A stretch of DNA of 64,000 bases from Lingula anatina (GCA_051362555.1 CM120640.1:31143967-31207966), one strand, 5' to 3'. Positions 1-14,032 are shown, numbered from the stretch's first letter. Translations and numbers: made by a program. Notes: generated by a model from the sequence alone, not told the origin.

Positions 1-149
1 ACAAAACTCAAAATGTACATGTATGAGGAAAACTGGCAGTTGCAAAAATACAAGCAGGTTGAAGAGCATACACATTAAATTCACATAAATCTGACATACA
101 CATTTACATAAAGAGCTAATGCCTGTTTTGAACAACAGTACTAAATATA

Positions 150-2633
150 ACTAGAGGATCAGAGAGGCGATACCGCCTCCGAATATTGTACCACCAGCTG
201 GAGCAAGCGCATTCGTATAGACCCCCACATACACAAAATAAGGGACATAGCCACCAGTTTTGTGCTTGACAAGCTGTAAAAATGCAATCAACAAGAATTT
301 TTAAACTATTGCAAAAAAATATATATGGTACAATCAAATTTAAGTTCTTCGTAAGGTAGGTCAAGGGTCAATTTCAAGGTCACAGTAAATTGCCAGTATA
401 TGACTTCCTATTCAAGTTCAAGAGTAACTATGGACCTATCTCTGTCAAGTTTGAAGTTAAAAGAGAAAGAAATTAGCAGAGTTCAGTTCATGATAAAAAG
501 TAGGTCAAAGGTCAATTTCAAGGTCACATTTAGATTGCCAGTATATGACTTCCTATTCAAGTTCAATAGTAACTATGGACCTATCTCTGCCAGTTTTGGA
601 GATAAAAGGGAAGCAAAATTTGCAAAGTTCAGTTTATGGTGAAAAGTAGGTCAAAGGTCAATTTTGAGGTCACATTTAGATTGCCAGTATATGACTTCCT
701 ATTCAAGTTCAATAGTAACTACGGACCTATCTCAGCCAGTTTTGGAGATAAAAGGAAAGCAAAATTTGCAAAATTCAGTTCATGGTGTAAAGTAGGTCAA
801 AGGTCAATTTTAAGGTCACATTTAGATTGCCAGTATATGACTTCCTATTCAAGTTCAATAGTAACTATGGACCTATCTCTGCCAGTTTTGGAGATAAAAG
901 GGAAGCAAATTTTGCAAAGTTCAGTTTATGGTGAAAAGTAGGTCAAAGGTCAATTTTAAGGTCACATTTAGATTGCCAGTATATGACTTCCTATTCAACT
1001 TCAATAGTAACTATGGACCTATCTCTGCCAGTTTTGGAGATAAAAGGGAAGAAAAATTTGCAAAGTTCAGTTCATGGTGAAAAGTAGGTCAAAGGTCACT
1101 TTCAAGGTCATAGTAAGATTGCCAGTATATGACTTCCTATTCAACTTCAATAGTAACTATGGACCTATCTCTGCCAGTTTTGGAGATAAAAGGGAAGAAA
1201 AATTTGCAAAGTTCAGTTCATGGTGAAAAGTAGGTCAAAGGTCACTTTCAAGGTCATAGTAAGATTGCCAGTATATGACTTCCTATTCAACTTCAATAGT
1301 AACTATGGACCTATCTCTGCCAGTTTTGGAGATAAAAGGGAAGAAAAATTTGCAAAGTTCAGTTCATGGTGAAAAGTAGGTCAAAGGTCACTTTCAAGGT
1401 CATAGTAAGATTGCCAGTATATGACTTCCTATTCAACTTCAATAGTAACTATGGACCTATCTCTGCCAGTTTTGGAGATAAAAGGGAAGAAAAATTTGCA
1501 AAGTTCAGTTCATGGTGAAAAGTAGGTCAAAGGTCACTTTCAAGGTCATAGTAAGATTGCCAGTATATGACTTCCTATTCAACTTCAATAGTAACTATGG
1601 ACCTATCTCTGCCAGTTTTGGAGATATAAGGGACTAAATGTTATAATTTTGGAGTTACCATAATGTGCCTTAAATTTCGTACAGAAAAAATTAATTAAAA
1701 TAAAGAAAATGTCATTTTGGTCAAAATTCTTGAAATAGGAGGTGCTCTTAAGTTTCAGAAGTTCAAATTTGATGAAATAATGTCATTTTTGAACACAAGT
1801 TGTCTGCTTTGCCAAGCCTTATGTTTTATTTTTCCAGAGTTCAAAATTTATTATCCATTACCGTACTGCACATTTTGCTTTTACCACCAATATGTACTTT
1901 TTGATACAGCGTAACTCGAAAACCGTATGGAATACAAAAAAACCGAGACCACCTCCAGTGTTGGGCTTTACATGCTCTACAAAATGCAAAAAAGAATGGG
2001 TCTCTAGCATTAACGGTTCCCGAATTAGAGACAGTTTTCAGTTTTGGTATCTTATGGCCGCTACTCCCGTGAAAATGCACCGATTGACCCCAAATTCATG
2101 GAGATGAAAGATGACCTGAAGGGTAACACCTTCCAATAATATTATTGGTTAAGTCTGTGTGGTGTCTGAATAACAGGGCAAAAAAAAATTTTTTCGTAAA
2201 AAATTTAATTTTTTTGAAAATTTTGGCCCATTTGACCTTGAAGTAAAGGTCAAAGGTCAAATCCAAGGGTATATTTGAAATCTACACATATGACTTTTGG
2301 AAAGCTGTCTATAGAAATTTTTCCCATAACTCCTTCCGTAGGGTAGATAATTAGCATTTAATTTTGCCATTTTTAGACAAGGGTGCATTGCAATGAGTGC
2401 CACACCCAGACCCCAATACCGACAAAGCCCAAATTTTACGTGGAACGAGTTGAGATTATAGGTGACCTAAATCCATGAGATGGGTACGGGGGCCCTTACC
2501 GTCTAGGAGGAGAAGCGGTAACGGTAGCCGTCCGGCGGAGCCGGCGGAGCCAACGGAGCCAGCGGAGCCGGCGGAACGATCCGGACGGGACCGAAACCAT
2601 GTGTACCGCCAGCGCTAACGCTGGTGGTACAAT
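150..2633 (-). mobile_element. Non-autonomous Helentron/HINE (DINE-1/pearl-like) element, family A, apparently full length
   Basis: Sub-terminal inverted repeats ATTGTACCACCAGC (185-198) and GCTGGTGGTACAAT (2620-2633). Hairpin TGTACCGCCAGCG-ctaa-CGCTGGTGGTACA at 2602-2631 and short hairpin GAGGCG-atac-CGCCTC at ~166-179. GC-rich 9-mer microsatellite (GCCGGCGGA-like) at ~2530-2575 and a central tandem array. The same ends recur at 17002, ~7100, ~29150 and ~61030. Confidence 0.8.
355..1632. repeat. 146-bp tandem repeat, about 8.7 units, internal to the family A element
   Basis: TAGGTCAA recurs at 357, 501, 647, 793, 939, 1085, 1231, 1377 and 1523 (period 146); the later units are near-identical. 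Confidence 0.97.
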
Positions 2634-2646
2634 TATAGAAAGAGTC

Positions 2647-2789
2647 CAGGCCCGTAGCCAGGGGGATTTTTGCTGGAAAAAGGTCCACTCTGGGTAAAAT
2701 TTGACCTAGGTACATGGGGATTAAACGGTAAAAAGGTCCACTTTTTCAGAAAAAGAACCCCCCCTTTGAAATTGCTGGCTACGGGCCTG
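2647..2789. mobile_element. MITE with CAGG termini and 5-bp TSD (hAT5-like)
   Basis: Terminal inverted repeats (TIR) CAGGCCCGTAGCCAG...CTGGCTACGGGCCTG, flanked by GAGTC on both sides; a related left end occurs at ~52203. Confidence 0.8.
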
Positions 2790-3090
2790 GAGTCTATAGT
2801 CTTAACTCGTATATACGGTACTACAATATATAAGGATGCACCACAGGGGATCCCTGACCCTGCAGTGCCCTGATTGCAAAGGGGTAGTTTTCCAATTAAG
2901 TTCTCATTAACATTGTAGGGAGATAACCCCCCTGTAACATAAGCACTTATTGGGACCGCACAAAGTTGACCTGTCCAATTACGTAACAAACAGCAAATTT
3001 TGAAAAGAGGCTTCATATTAACATGCTAAAAAACAGTAAATTGTTATGCACTGTATTCTTTTCTTCGTAAAGCATGACTGAGAATGCTAC

Positions 3091-3562
3091 CTGAAGTGAG
3101 CATTTTTGTCAAATACTGATATTTCAAGACGTCCATGTTCTGTGAATCAGTTTGACTGTAAAGAAAAAGAAAAAACATATTATTAAAATACTTGTAGTAA
3201 CATATATGCAGGTGTTACTGAAATATTTAGACTTCTTTTACCTTTATCATGCTTTGACAAGGTGAGTCTCATTGGGCCGAAGGTTTATAGGCCCGAAGTT
3301 AATCCTTATGTAATATTGCACCAAAATTGAAAAAAAAAAAAAAAAAAACTTTATGTACTGCCACCGCAAACACTATGAAAAAAAAAGAAAGCTGTGTTAC
3401 ATCTTATTTTTTTTAACCTACAAGAATGATTATTAGGATTGACATACAGCTCAAACTGAAAAACCAGCTTGATTGGATTATTGTTTTTTCTTGATTTCAC
3501 TGTATGCAAGTTTCAAACTATTAAACTTTCAAACCAATGAACCTTCAGACTATTGAACCTAA

Positions 3563-3597
<35 letters not shown>

Positions 3598-4841
3598 CTA
3601 CAAAATGTAAACAAGAGTTCTCAATATTTATGTTGAAAATTACAATTTATAACTAAATCATGTAGGAGTATAAGGTAAAATTCAAATTTGTGAAGTGCAG
3701 TTCATGGCAAAAAGTAGGTCAAAGGTCAAATTCAAGGTCACAGGAAGGCTGTCAATATATGAGTTCCTATTCTAGTTCAATAGTAACTACGGGCATATAT
3801 CTCTGCTAGTTTTGGAGATATATATCTCTGCCAGTTTTGGAGATATAAGGGACGGAAATGTTGCAAAGTTTAGTTCATGTTGAAAAGTAGGTCAAAGGTC
3901 AATTTCATGATACATGTACAAGGTAGAATTTTAATCTTTGGTGTTGCTACCTGATACAAGTACTGTAATTTTCTCTAGTTGTACTGTTTTATTTGCACTC
4001 TTTGACATGGTAGTCCATAACTTGTTTAGAAATGAACATGCTATTCCATATTTTAGATTGTAAAATATTTGGAGTGTTATAAATCCAAAATATTCCAAAG
4101 TAATTATTTTAGGGTCTGCTTACTTCATACATGTACATGTAGTCCTCTTATTGCCAGATAAAATTTTATCACTGACTTATAAATGAGGAGAGCAACAGAC
4201 TTCGGACTAATTTGTCTGAAGTAAAAAAAAGGGGGGAGGGTGTTTCAATTTGTCAACTTAAAAATGTGGGATGACTTTTGGATATATAATACTTGGTTCC
4301 TATTTGGAAGAGAAAATATGCAATCTGAGCATAGTTCTTATTGGAGTAGCTTTTAATTCAAGAATTTTTTATGGTTTTCGGCACCAACCAAAATATTTCA
4401 TTTAAATTTATAATCGCCTCATAACTACGGTATCAACAAAGGTACATTCTCTAACAATCTGTACTCTCTGGATGAGGATCCTCCTCGATCCTGGTCTGCA
4501 GAGAAATATCAAATAAATAAAATGCCCTTAATTAAGATAATCGACTGCATGATTTTATACTAGTAGGGTTAATTGTTATAATTGCTAGTTAACGAATTGA
4601 ATAGACAGGGTGATGACTTCACAAGAATTTTTACACCTTGGGTAAGAAAAGTAAAGGGACAAGGGTTATTATTTGGAGTTTGACAACTAATCTTACAGGT
4701 AGATAGATATATATGACCCTCTGGTGCACACATCATACTCAGGCTTGCTAGTATCTGTGTTTGAAGTGCCCCTACCGGTAGGTTTGGTGTGTGTTGCAAG
4801 TTCTGTGTTAATTGTGAGATTTTTGTGGGTTGTTATCGACT

Positions 4842-4882
<41 letters not shown>

Positions 4883-7800
4883 GTGTAGTAGTGTTGTGAC
4901 TCTTGTTTTCTGTCCTTTACATTTTTCCATTACTACCCTTGGTACAGGTTGATTGTGATCTCATATGTTTCTTTTGCTTTTTTAAAATTCAAACAAGAAT
5001 GATAAATGTTAAATATATAATATTATCAACTAGTACATATTTGAAAAATTAACTGCTTGCATATAATATAGTTACTCTAACACAAGAGCATAAATGTCTT
5101 ATTGACTAAAATATAAATAGCAGTAATATAATGAAAGCAGTACAGCAAAAGAAAAATATATCATGTGGTTACCTTGACTGACTGCTGTCTGTCTGACTTG
5201 GGAAATCTGCAAAATCATAAATAAATTTGACACACAATTCAAACTTGTTAAAAGCATAAAAATGACAAAAGCACATCTTATCTGTAACTACATAGCAAGG
5301 TTGTCAAGTATACAGACACATATAAATTTTTATGATTTTATAGACAGTACATTGTACTCAGTATATATACTGTATTTTAAAGTAATAATTTCTGCAAATT
5401 AGAACATTCCCGCTGAGTGGTAGCCACCAAATTAAAAAGCAGGCTACTCTGTAGTTTTATTCTATGCAAAAGCACCAAATATGCCATATAGAAATTTCAT
5501 TTAATCTAAACATTTTTGCCCACTGAAAAGATCTAATCATTACTCTATTTTTCCTCTCTTTGAGAACATTCCCAACAGAATAATGTTGGATTATAATGCA
5601 TTCAGTTAACTAATGAAGCAGTTCTGCAGTTGCTCAAATTTTAGGGATCTGGACTGAATGTATATCAGAAAAAAAAAAAAAATTAAAAATTAAAAAATTC
5701 ACCACATTCAATTTTTTTTCTGAAGATAAACACACTATTTTTAAGGCCTAATAACTAATTTTTAGTTGTATTTGGTAGAACCTATCATTATAATTTACAC
5801 AACTGATCAAGATTGTAAAAAGGAAAACAATGCTATTTTACCTGTTGTTTGCTCTTCCAGTATGAACTGAGAAAGTCTTAACTATATAAAGAGAGAGAGA
5901 AAGAGTTAAAAGTTGGTGAAATGGTGTTTCTGTTAGTAATTGTCATTTTCCTTATCTTTATATACTGTCCAAAAAAGAAAGAAGTTTTTGTTTTTACCAT
6001 AGTGCTTCAAATTACACAAATATGTACATATGTTAGTATAGTCACTGTATTCAATAGCAGAACACCATTTCAGTCCTGCAGTAGAGTCCTGAAATGCTTG
6101 AGTGATTTTAGACAGTGGCTGGCTCTGGGTTTTCAGAAATTTACTCTAAACACAAAAATTTAGCAAAAATCAATTATATATCCACTATCAATGCTAGTGG
6201 ACACAGAAATCAGACAAATAAGTTTTGGAGACCAAATTCTATGTAGACATCATACAACAGCTGTCTGATCTGGACAGGGGCCATTCAATTGGTCATTGCC
6301 ATTGACACAGTGTTATGGTTTGAGCGGGCGTAAGTGGTAGTTTCCAGACAGAACATATGGTGACTGCAGTGGTTGCTGGCAATGTTGACATCATGCCATG
6401 GCTGATCTAGACAGGATATGTGTCATTGCCCATTACCATTGGCACAGTGTTTTGGTTTAGATGGGAATTTTTCAGACAGAAATGGCAAGTTTCAGACAGA
6501 ACTAACAGCCATTGCTGTGATGGATGGATATCTGGCTGGCCAGTGGTACAGAGATGAAGTCCTAAGGACAGCTTTTGTGCCATTTGTGTGTCAACACTTA
6601 ACCCTCCAGCACGACAACGCCCATTACCATACTGCCAGGATAGCACAGGCTTACCTGCATCAGGGGGCAAATCCAAACTCTTCTGTGACCAGTGTTTAGA
6701 ACTAACATATGTCTTCCACTGTGCGTGCCTAGGATGAACTAGGCATGCAGACAACTTCATAACAGCCAGCCTACGTCATTATAGAGTCAAGAGCTCACTG
6801 GTGGAAGAAAATTTTCCCATAATTCCTTTGGTTTGGGAGATTTTAGCATTTGATTTTGCCCATTTTGGACAAGGGTGCATTGCGACGTGTGCCACACCTA
6901 GACCTGTGCACAAGAAAGTCTAAAATTTATATGGAACGAGATGAGATTAAATGTAACAAAAATCCAACAGATGCGTACGCAGGCTCCTGTAGTCTAGGAA
7001 GAGAAGCAGTAATTAAGGGTGACATGGCGATGGAGTTAGTGGATATGGCAGAGCCAGCGGACGAGACGTGTCGGGACTAAAACCATGTGTACCGGCAGTG
7101 CCTACGCTGGTGGTACAATTAAAACAACCTACAACAAAAACTGCAGGAATGACGAAGCTGATATCCAAATTGGCCTAAATTGAACTATCAACCTTACTGT
7201 CAAAATTTTCTTTCATGATTTATAGTGGTGGCTAAAATGGAGCGACATACCATTGGGCTCTGCCTGCTGAGCGCTGTCACTTTCAAAAGATGAAGAATGC
7301 TCTTGTGTTGATCATTTAGCATATCTTGTAAGGAGACTTGGAAATTTGATAACTTTGTATCAATTCTTTGGCTTAGAACTTCATCTAAAATTATTAATTA
7401 TCTGAATACAATTCTTTACAATTTACAAGTACAGAATAATTAACATGGGAAGACAAACTGGTATAACTTATGGGTAAACATACAAAGATTGTTTGTCTTG
7501 TTCCCATGAAATACTGCTGGTATCATGGTCCAATACTAGTTCATATATTTAACAGCCAAAAGCGCTGAAGACAGATTAGGTTTTATACATGTACCATCTA
7601 CAGTGTATCTATTTCTATGACATATATATTTAAGTCAATTTGTGCTTGTGCAAACAATATAAATTGAGCAAATATGATCAAGTTAAATCATAGCTAGGCC
7701 ACTGTCAAATGTGGCAAAAAATCAGTGTAGGCATTGGTAATTTATTCATATTTAAGACAATGCACAATTTTTTTTCAAGACTTCATCTTAAACCTAGCTT

Positions 7801-8613
7801 TAAAATTGGAAAGAAATGTCTATTTCCAATTAATTTCCATATATTATGTAACTCACCAAGCATAGATAAAACTTTTTCAGCAGAAATATCTAGTTTCTGG
7901 TTAACTGCAGCAGCATGGTTTAACGCACCAGGACATTCCTCTTCTTGATTTTGTTGTCCTCCAAGGCTGAAGAGTGCCTGCATGATTCCAAAATATAACT
8001 CAAATTAATTACGTACTGATGTGTCTATGAAATGGCTTAATAAAAATATATGAATGAAGAACAAAATAAGAGGATCAAAAAGACTTCAAAAGTTATCTCC
8101 TGAGAATGCACCTAGACAATGCAATTATAGGCACATTATAAATAGATGCAGTAGCACACACACACTAACCGCATTAACAAAATCTAACTGAGACCCTGAA
8201 ATTGACCTTTGATCTACTTTTCACCATGAAGTCAACTTTTGTCTCTTATACCTCCAAAACTGTCAGAGATACGCTCATAATTACTATTGAATTTGAATAG
8301 GAAGTCCTATACTAGCAATCTATGACCTTGAAATTGACCTTTGACCTTTTTTCTTCATGAACTGAACTTTGCAAATTTTCCGTCCCTAGCTTATATCTCT
8401 AAAACTGGCAGAGATACGCCCATAGTTACTATTTTTCAGTATTATCATCTTCTCTTATATCTTTAACATCATAATATTGGAGCAATAAGTAATTCTCTGT
8501 TTCCTCTCTTTACCTGTGTACCACCATCCTGTGCATTACCCCAGAAACATCCATTACTCTGCATAGGGACTGAACTTTCTGCTGGGAAACTTCCATCAAG
8601 CAATGATTCATAT
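3091..8613 (-). CDS. Uncharacterised multi-exon protein-coding gene (internal exons; start not located)
   Basis: AG/GT-bounded exons 8613-8514, 7977-7857, 7384-7251, 5881-5842, 5206-5173 and 3155-3091 join with consistent phases into one open frame: YESLLDGSFPAESSVPMQSNGCFWGNAQDGGTQ-ALFSLGGQQNQEEECPGALNHAAAVNQKLDISAEKVLSML-DEVLSQRIDTKLSNFQVSLQDMLNDQHKSILHLLKVTALSRQSPM-LRLSQFILEEQTT-DFPSQTDSSQS-SQTDSQNMDVLKYQYLTKMLTS. A phase-compatible exon may follow from 2931. Confidence 0.7.
3610..3910. repeat. Degenerate fragment of the family A 146-bp repeat
   Basis: AAGTAGGTCAAAGGTCA...TTCAATAGTAACTA...CCAGTTTTGGAGATA matches 355-1632. Inverted fragments also occur at ~8190-8430 and ~34650-34780. Confidence 0.8.
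6300..6810 (+). pseudogene. Tc1/mariner transposase relic
   Basis: ORF 6418-6699 contains DGYLAGQWYRDEVLRTAFVPFV...LQHDNAHYHTARIAQAYL, matching the Tc1 QHDNARPHTAR catalytic-domain motif; flanks are degraded. Confidence 0.75.
6820..7119 (-). mobile_element. HINE family A terminal fragment
   Basis: Similar to 2320-2633 and ends in ACCATGTGTACCGGCAGTG-CCTA-CGCTGGTGGTACAAT. Confidence 0.75.
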
Positions 8614-9257
8614 CTTGAAAAAAGTTTTATAAAGGAGATAGAGACTAATGAATTACATCTGTGGCACTTAAATTAAAAATTTTGAACAATAAACAAGACA
8701 GAAAAGCTGTCAAATGTACAGACAAAAAGCAGAAAATAATGATACATAAAAAAGGTTATTTTGCCAAGTTTGATGCAATAAAACATTATGCTTAACAGAA
8801 AAATCAATGCCAAACATTAATTATGAACATATAGGGAATACAAATGTTAAGAAGCCTTTTCCATGGCTGTGGTACAATGTATGTCTATTGCATTAAGTAT
8901 AATAAATGCTGCATAAAAAAAAAAAAAGAAAAAGGATAAGTTCAGGAATAATAGCAAACTCCACCTATACCCAAACCATAATCATCATGCAGTTCTATAA
9001 GTTTGAAGACAATAAGACAAACAGTTTTCCATGAAATGTGTTATCTGAATTGCATTTAGTATGATAAATGCTGCAAAAAAAAAAAAAAAAAGCATAGTTT
9101 AAAAAAAAAAAAAAAAAAAAAAAAGCATAGTTTCAAAAAAAAAAATGGTCTGATCGAGTTGATTTTTAAAAAAAATTAAATAACACTGATCACTTGTGTA
9201 TTGCATATCGTTTGAATTGCATATAGTATAATATATGCTGAAAAAAATATTATGATA

Positions 9258-10829
9258 CATGGGCGTAACCAGGCATACGCACGGATGCACTGTGCGTACA
9301 ATTTTTTTGGTTAACCATGTTATTATTCTCTATAAGTTCAGTGTATTTTTCAAGGAATATAATCGAAAATCCCCTTCGGTTGTATGTTAACGTCACCTGA
9401 ATGTACAAATCCTCTGTATTTGCACCAATGTTCTGACTCCCCTTCTTGTTTGCTTTCACAGAACTGAGTTAAACATCGTCCATCTAGCTGGGACTTCCGT
9501 TACCTCTTAATTAGAGGGTTAAGTGCCCTTCAGCTCTCTGGTAGCCTTTGTCTTGAGTGAATGGAACGCACTCTCGCTGCAGATATTTATCTCAGGTAAA
9601 AATCTACTTGTGTGTTATTTTCAAAGAACAGTTCCAGCAGACCTGGGGGCACTAGATAAAATCTGAACATCGGGCTAAACAAGGAGTCATAGAAACAAAG
9701 GGAGATTGATTTTTCCTGCAAAGCTTCAAAGAATTTTTACACGGACTTGATCCAGCTTAACCCTCCAAACTAACAGGGTGGCATGGGCAATTTTTACAAT
9801 TACAAACAAATAATTAAACTTATACATATCAGAACTTTATCCTGTAATATAACTGGTTGATTTGGGGAGCCATGCATCTGCATGTAAGCTGAGAGATACC
9901 ATAGAGTGTATACAAGTTCAACTTAGAGAAGCTGACCATGGATATCACAAAGTGGATAGCAAGAAGGCGTACATGTATATATAATAATAGTACAACGATC
10001 AACTGCTTTTGAGATCATTTTCTGAGAACTCAGGATAACTGCAGCAAACCACATTGAACAACACTACCGTACTGTTATTCAGAATTTAGCTCGATACAAG
10101 CAGGCACAATCTGCATAAGTGCCCAAAGTTGTTGTCAGTAAGCCCCTAGTTAAATAAATATACCGTTATGGGCAAGGCATTTCCCAGCGCACCATCCAGC
10201 CGTCTTTTGGACGGCCGCTGACATCACCAGACGGCCTATATTTTTTCAAAGCCGGCTTACGGCTTACGGATTTTATTTTATTTTATTATTATTTTTTTTT
10301 TTTTGAAAAATGACGTCTTTGCTTGTCAGGGTGACCATTGACGTTGTAAGAAATTTTATTACAGTAATTTGATGTACCCAGCTTTTATGATGCGTCACAG
10401 ACTCACAGTTTTAACTGTGAGTCTGTGAGTCTTTAAAAATGGTACTACTTTTATTTGTAGTGCACGCTGATATTCAGTCACAACGAAACTACTTTTTTTT
10501 CTAACCCTCCCTCCCCATTGAAATTTATTATTTTTAATTTTTTTTTAATTTCATTTTTACTGCCCCCCCCCCCCTCCCCATTTTGGACAGCCTGTACCCC
10601 AATCCTGGAAAAAGCTTTGTTTCCGGGTGAAATAATGTAATGGAACTTAAATCGCCGGATTGTGTTTTACTTTAACTGATGATTTTATTTCTGGTGAAAA
10701 CTGAGCTATGATATTTGGCACATTTAATTTTATCTGCCCTATATCTGTTTGGGTAAGTGTACATTTAGCCGTATCTGGGAATTTTGAAAATCTGTGCGCA
10801 CAATTTTAAAAGGTCTGGTTACGCCCCTG
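9258..10829. mobile_element. 1.57-kb non-autonomous DNA transposon with 5-bp TSD (hAT5-like)
   Basis: TIR CATGGGCGTAACCAG / CTGGTTACGCCCCTG, flanked by TGATA on both sides. A possible nested element spans 10173-10619 (CAAGGCATTTCCCAG...CTGGAAAAAGCTTTG). Confidence 0.75.
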
Positions 10830-11748
10830 TGATATAACAAATTAAGCTGGTTTTCCAACTTGAGCTGTGTGTCAATCATCTTCTTGTACATTACAAAATA
10901 AGAAGTAAAACAGTTTTCCTTTTATAGAGTTTGTGGTTGAAGCACACAAATTAGGTTTTTTGACAATTTTATAATTTTACATACTAATTAACAGCATAAT
11001 CACCATCAATTTTAATCATCTACTATACCTAACACGGACAGTCAGAAAATGAAATTACAATTCCGTTTTAAGCCCCCTAAGTCCCACACTGAAAATGCCA
11101 ATTAATATGTGAAAAATTAAATTTTCACAAAGAACTGCACTGCTTCCAGAAAAAATGAAATAAGGCTGGTTTTCCAACTGAAGCCGCATTTCAGTAATAT
11201 GAATCTTTTCAGTAAGTTTGAGAATCAGTAGTAACCTGGTTTTCGCGTAATTACCTGTCCCTACAGCAGCAGTGCCCAAAATAAGGTTTTCTCCTACATT
11301 AATGCAATATTGCATAATGTTTAACAGCAAAATGACCATCAATTTTTTATAATCATATATAATTATCAAATATCATGGATATTCAGAAAACATGACAAGC
11401 AAAGATCTTCAAGCCCAAGTTCAAAGTCACACCTTGAAAATGCCAATAGGTGAAAAATGCAAATTTCATAAGAAAACTTTATAACTTCCACAAAAATAAA
11501 CCAATCAAACTGGTTTTCCAAATTTATAAATGAAGATGTATTTTAGTCCCATGTTTTCTTTCTGGAAGTTTGTAAATAGTAAGTGACATGATTTTGCTGA
11601 AATGGTCACTATTGCGACAGTGCCCAAAATAAGGGCTTCTTCAAATGCAATATTAAATGTTAACAGCATAATCACCACCAGTTTAATTATGCACTGCAGG
11701 TAACATGTGTATTTAGAAATTGTGACTGGCAATGGTGTTCAGGCCCAT

Positions 11749-12085
11749 CACTAGTGGGCTAGATTTAAAGTGCAATTTAAGAGCACAAGTGATCTTACAC
11801 GATCTTAAAAATTACAGCAGTAGTCTTAAAAAGGACTGAATCTGCTTTTAAGATCAAAAATGATCTAACATCTACTTAAGTGGTCAAGCAGTTTCCTTCC
11901 CTCACAATAGGGGATGCCCCCCTCACAATAGAGGACACCTCTGCTCACAATAGGTGAATGTGTAAGGGGAGACAACTTAATTGGCTAGCTGTCAGACTAG
12001 AAATGGTCTTACTCATGTTTTAAGACCATGTAAGACTATTTGTGCTCTTAAATTGCACTTTAAGACCAAATCAAGCCCACTAGTG
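11749..12085. mobile_element. CACTA/EnSpm-type MITE
   Basis: TIR CACTAGTGGGCT...AGCCCACTAGTG plus inner inverted TAAAGTGCAATTTAAGAGCACAA; 3-bp TSD CAT; it interrupts a family B repeat unit. Confidence 0.8.
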
Positions 12086-14032
12086 CATGGAACCCCAAAG
12101 TCACACCTTGCAAATGCCAAAATAACAAGGGATTAATGAAATGAGTTTATTTCCATTTTCAACACGTTTTTACATAATACAAAATAACCTATTTACTACC
12201 ACTTTTAAATGGTACATGTAACTAACAAAATTGCTGATATGGGAAAAATATCAATAACTCAAATTAAAATGTGATGGTCATTTTCGAACCTGACCTGTAC
12301 TTCAATAAGATTGATCACTCCTGTGAGTTTCAAGACAATAGCCCTCTCAGTGTTCCTTGCATTGTGTTAACAGTATTGCATATATGCCGAAAAAGGAAAT
12401 AAAGATTTAAAACAAGGCAGCAAAGCTGTCAAATGTACAGACAAAAAGCAGAAAATAATAATGCACAAAATAGGATACTTTCAATTCTGATGCAATAATA
12501 CATTATACTTAACTGGAAAGTCAATATCAAATTTTAATTATGCACAACAGGTAAAAGTAAAATGAAAGTAAAAGCAAATTAAGGCTTCAGGCCCTTGAGA
12601 GTTAAAGTTCACACTCAGAAAATACAAGAATGAGAAAAATGAAATTTCACAAAAAATGCATAAATTCAATAAAAAATGATAATCCAGTAGAGCTTGTTTT
12701 CTAATTTGAGCTGTATGAAATTCTAAGAATCATTCTTGTAAGTTGAAAAAATAATAAGTTGCACAGTTTTCTTTTCATAACCTTTGTGGCGGCAGTGTAC
12801 AAAGTAGGTTTTTTGTCAATACTGATGCAATATTACATACCAATTACTGCCAATTTTAATTATCTTCTATTAATTACATGGACATTTAGAAAATTTGACT
12901 ACCACTGGGCTTCTAAGTCCCACATTGAAAATGCCAAAATGTGAAAAATGAAAATTTCACAAAAATGCACAATGGAAAAGAAGCCTGGAAAAGCTGTATT
13001 TTATCCTGTGTTTTTTTCCTGTAAGTTTAAGACAAGTAAGTGACATGTTTTTTCTTTAATGGTCACTATAAAGGCAGTGCTCAAAATAGGGTTTTCTTCA
13101 ATTTTGATGCAATATTAAATAATGCTTAACAGCATAATGTCCATCAATTTTTAATAATAATAAAAAAAGTATCATGGCTATTCAGAAAATGTGACTTGCA
13201 AAGGTCTTCAAGCCAATGGAAGTTCCAATTCAAACTTTGAAAATGCCGATATGTGAAAAATAAAATTTTTGCCAAAAAAAAAAAAAATGTATAACTCCCA
13301 GAAAAATTAACTAATAAGACAGATTTTCCAACTGAAGCTGTATTTTAGTCCTGCTTCCTTCCTGTAAGTATGAGAAGATTAAGTGACATGGTTTCCTTTA
13401 ATGGTCACTATGGAGGCAGTGCCCAAAATAGGGTTTTCTTAAGCTTTGAAACAATATTTCATTATGCTTAACAGCATGATAACCATTAATTTTTAATAAT
13501 AAAATAAAAGCATCATGGGATATTCAGAAAATATGACTAGCAAAAGTATTTAAGCCATAGAAGTTCATAGTCATACCTTTAAAATGCCAAAATGTCAACA
13601 AGAGATAACTGTGCTGAAAAGAGTTTATTTCCATTTTCAACACCAACTTACATAAAACAAAATGATCAATTTACTGTCATTATTATATATATGATAAACT
13701 AAGGACATTGTTGACATAGGAAAAATATCAATAGAACAATTTAAGTTTCCAATCTGATTCATTCTGAACATAGTTAAGGGTTGAACCTGACAAACTGCAA
13801 TGATATGAGTTTATTTTTATTTTTGACACTTCATTACACACTACACGATAACAGGTTTACTATCATTTTTATACAATCAACTGACAATATTGTAAAGATG
13901 CAGAAAATGTTTAAAGGACTCTTTTAAGTATCTAATTAGTTCAATAACCTAAGAATTAAATCTGAGGAAAAACCACTTATATCTAAAAAAAAAAACAGCA
14001 TAACTTCATCAAAACTGAATCAATCAAGCTTA

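Noticed and set aside
400-941. ORFs of 80 and 101 aa in the 146-bp array
   Set aside because: Chance open frames of a non-triplet tandem repeat.
4420-4495. Additional exon of the orphan gene (acceptor at ~4496)
   Set aside because: Acceptor is plausible but no convincing in-phase donor was found; it could be an alternative terminal exon, unsupported.
9400-10150. hAT transposase remnant inside the 1.57-kb element
   Set aside because: Only a faint SAA.ERS-like similarity with many stops; not supportable by eye.
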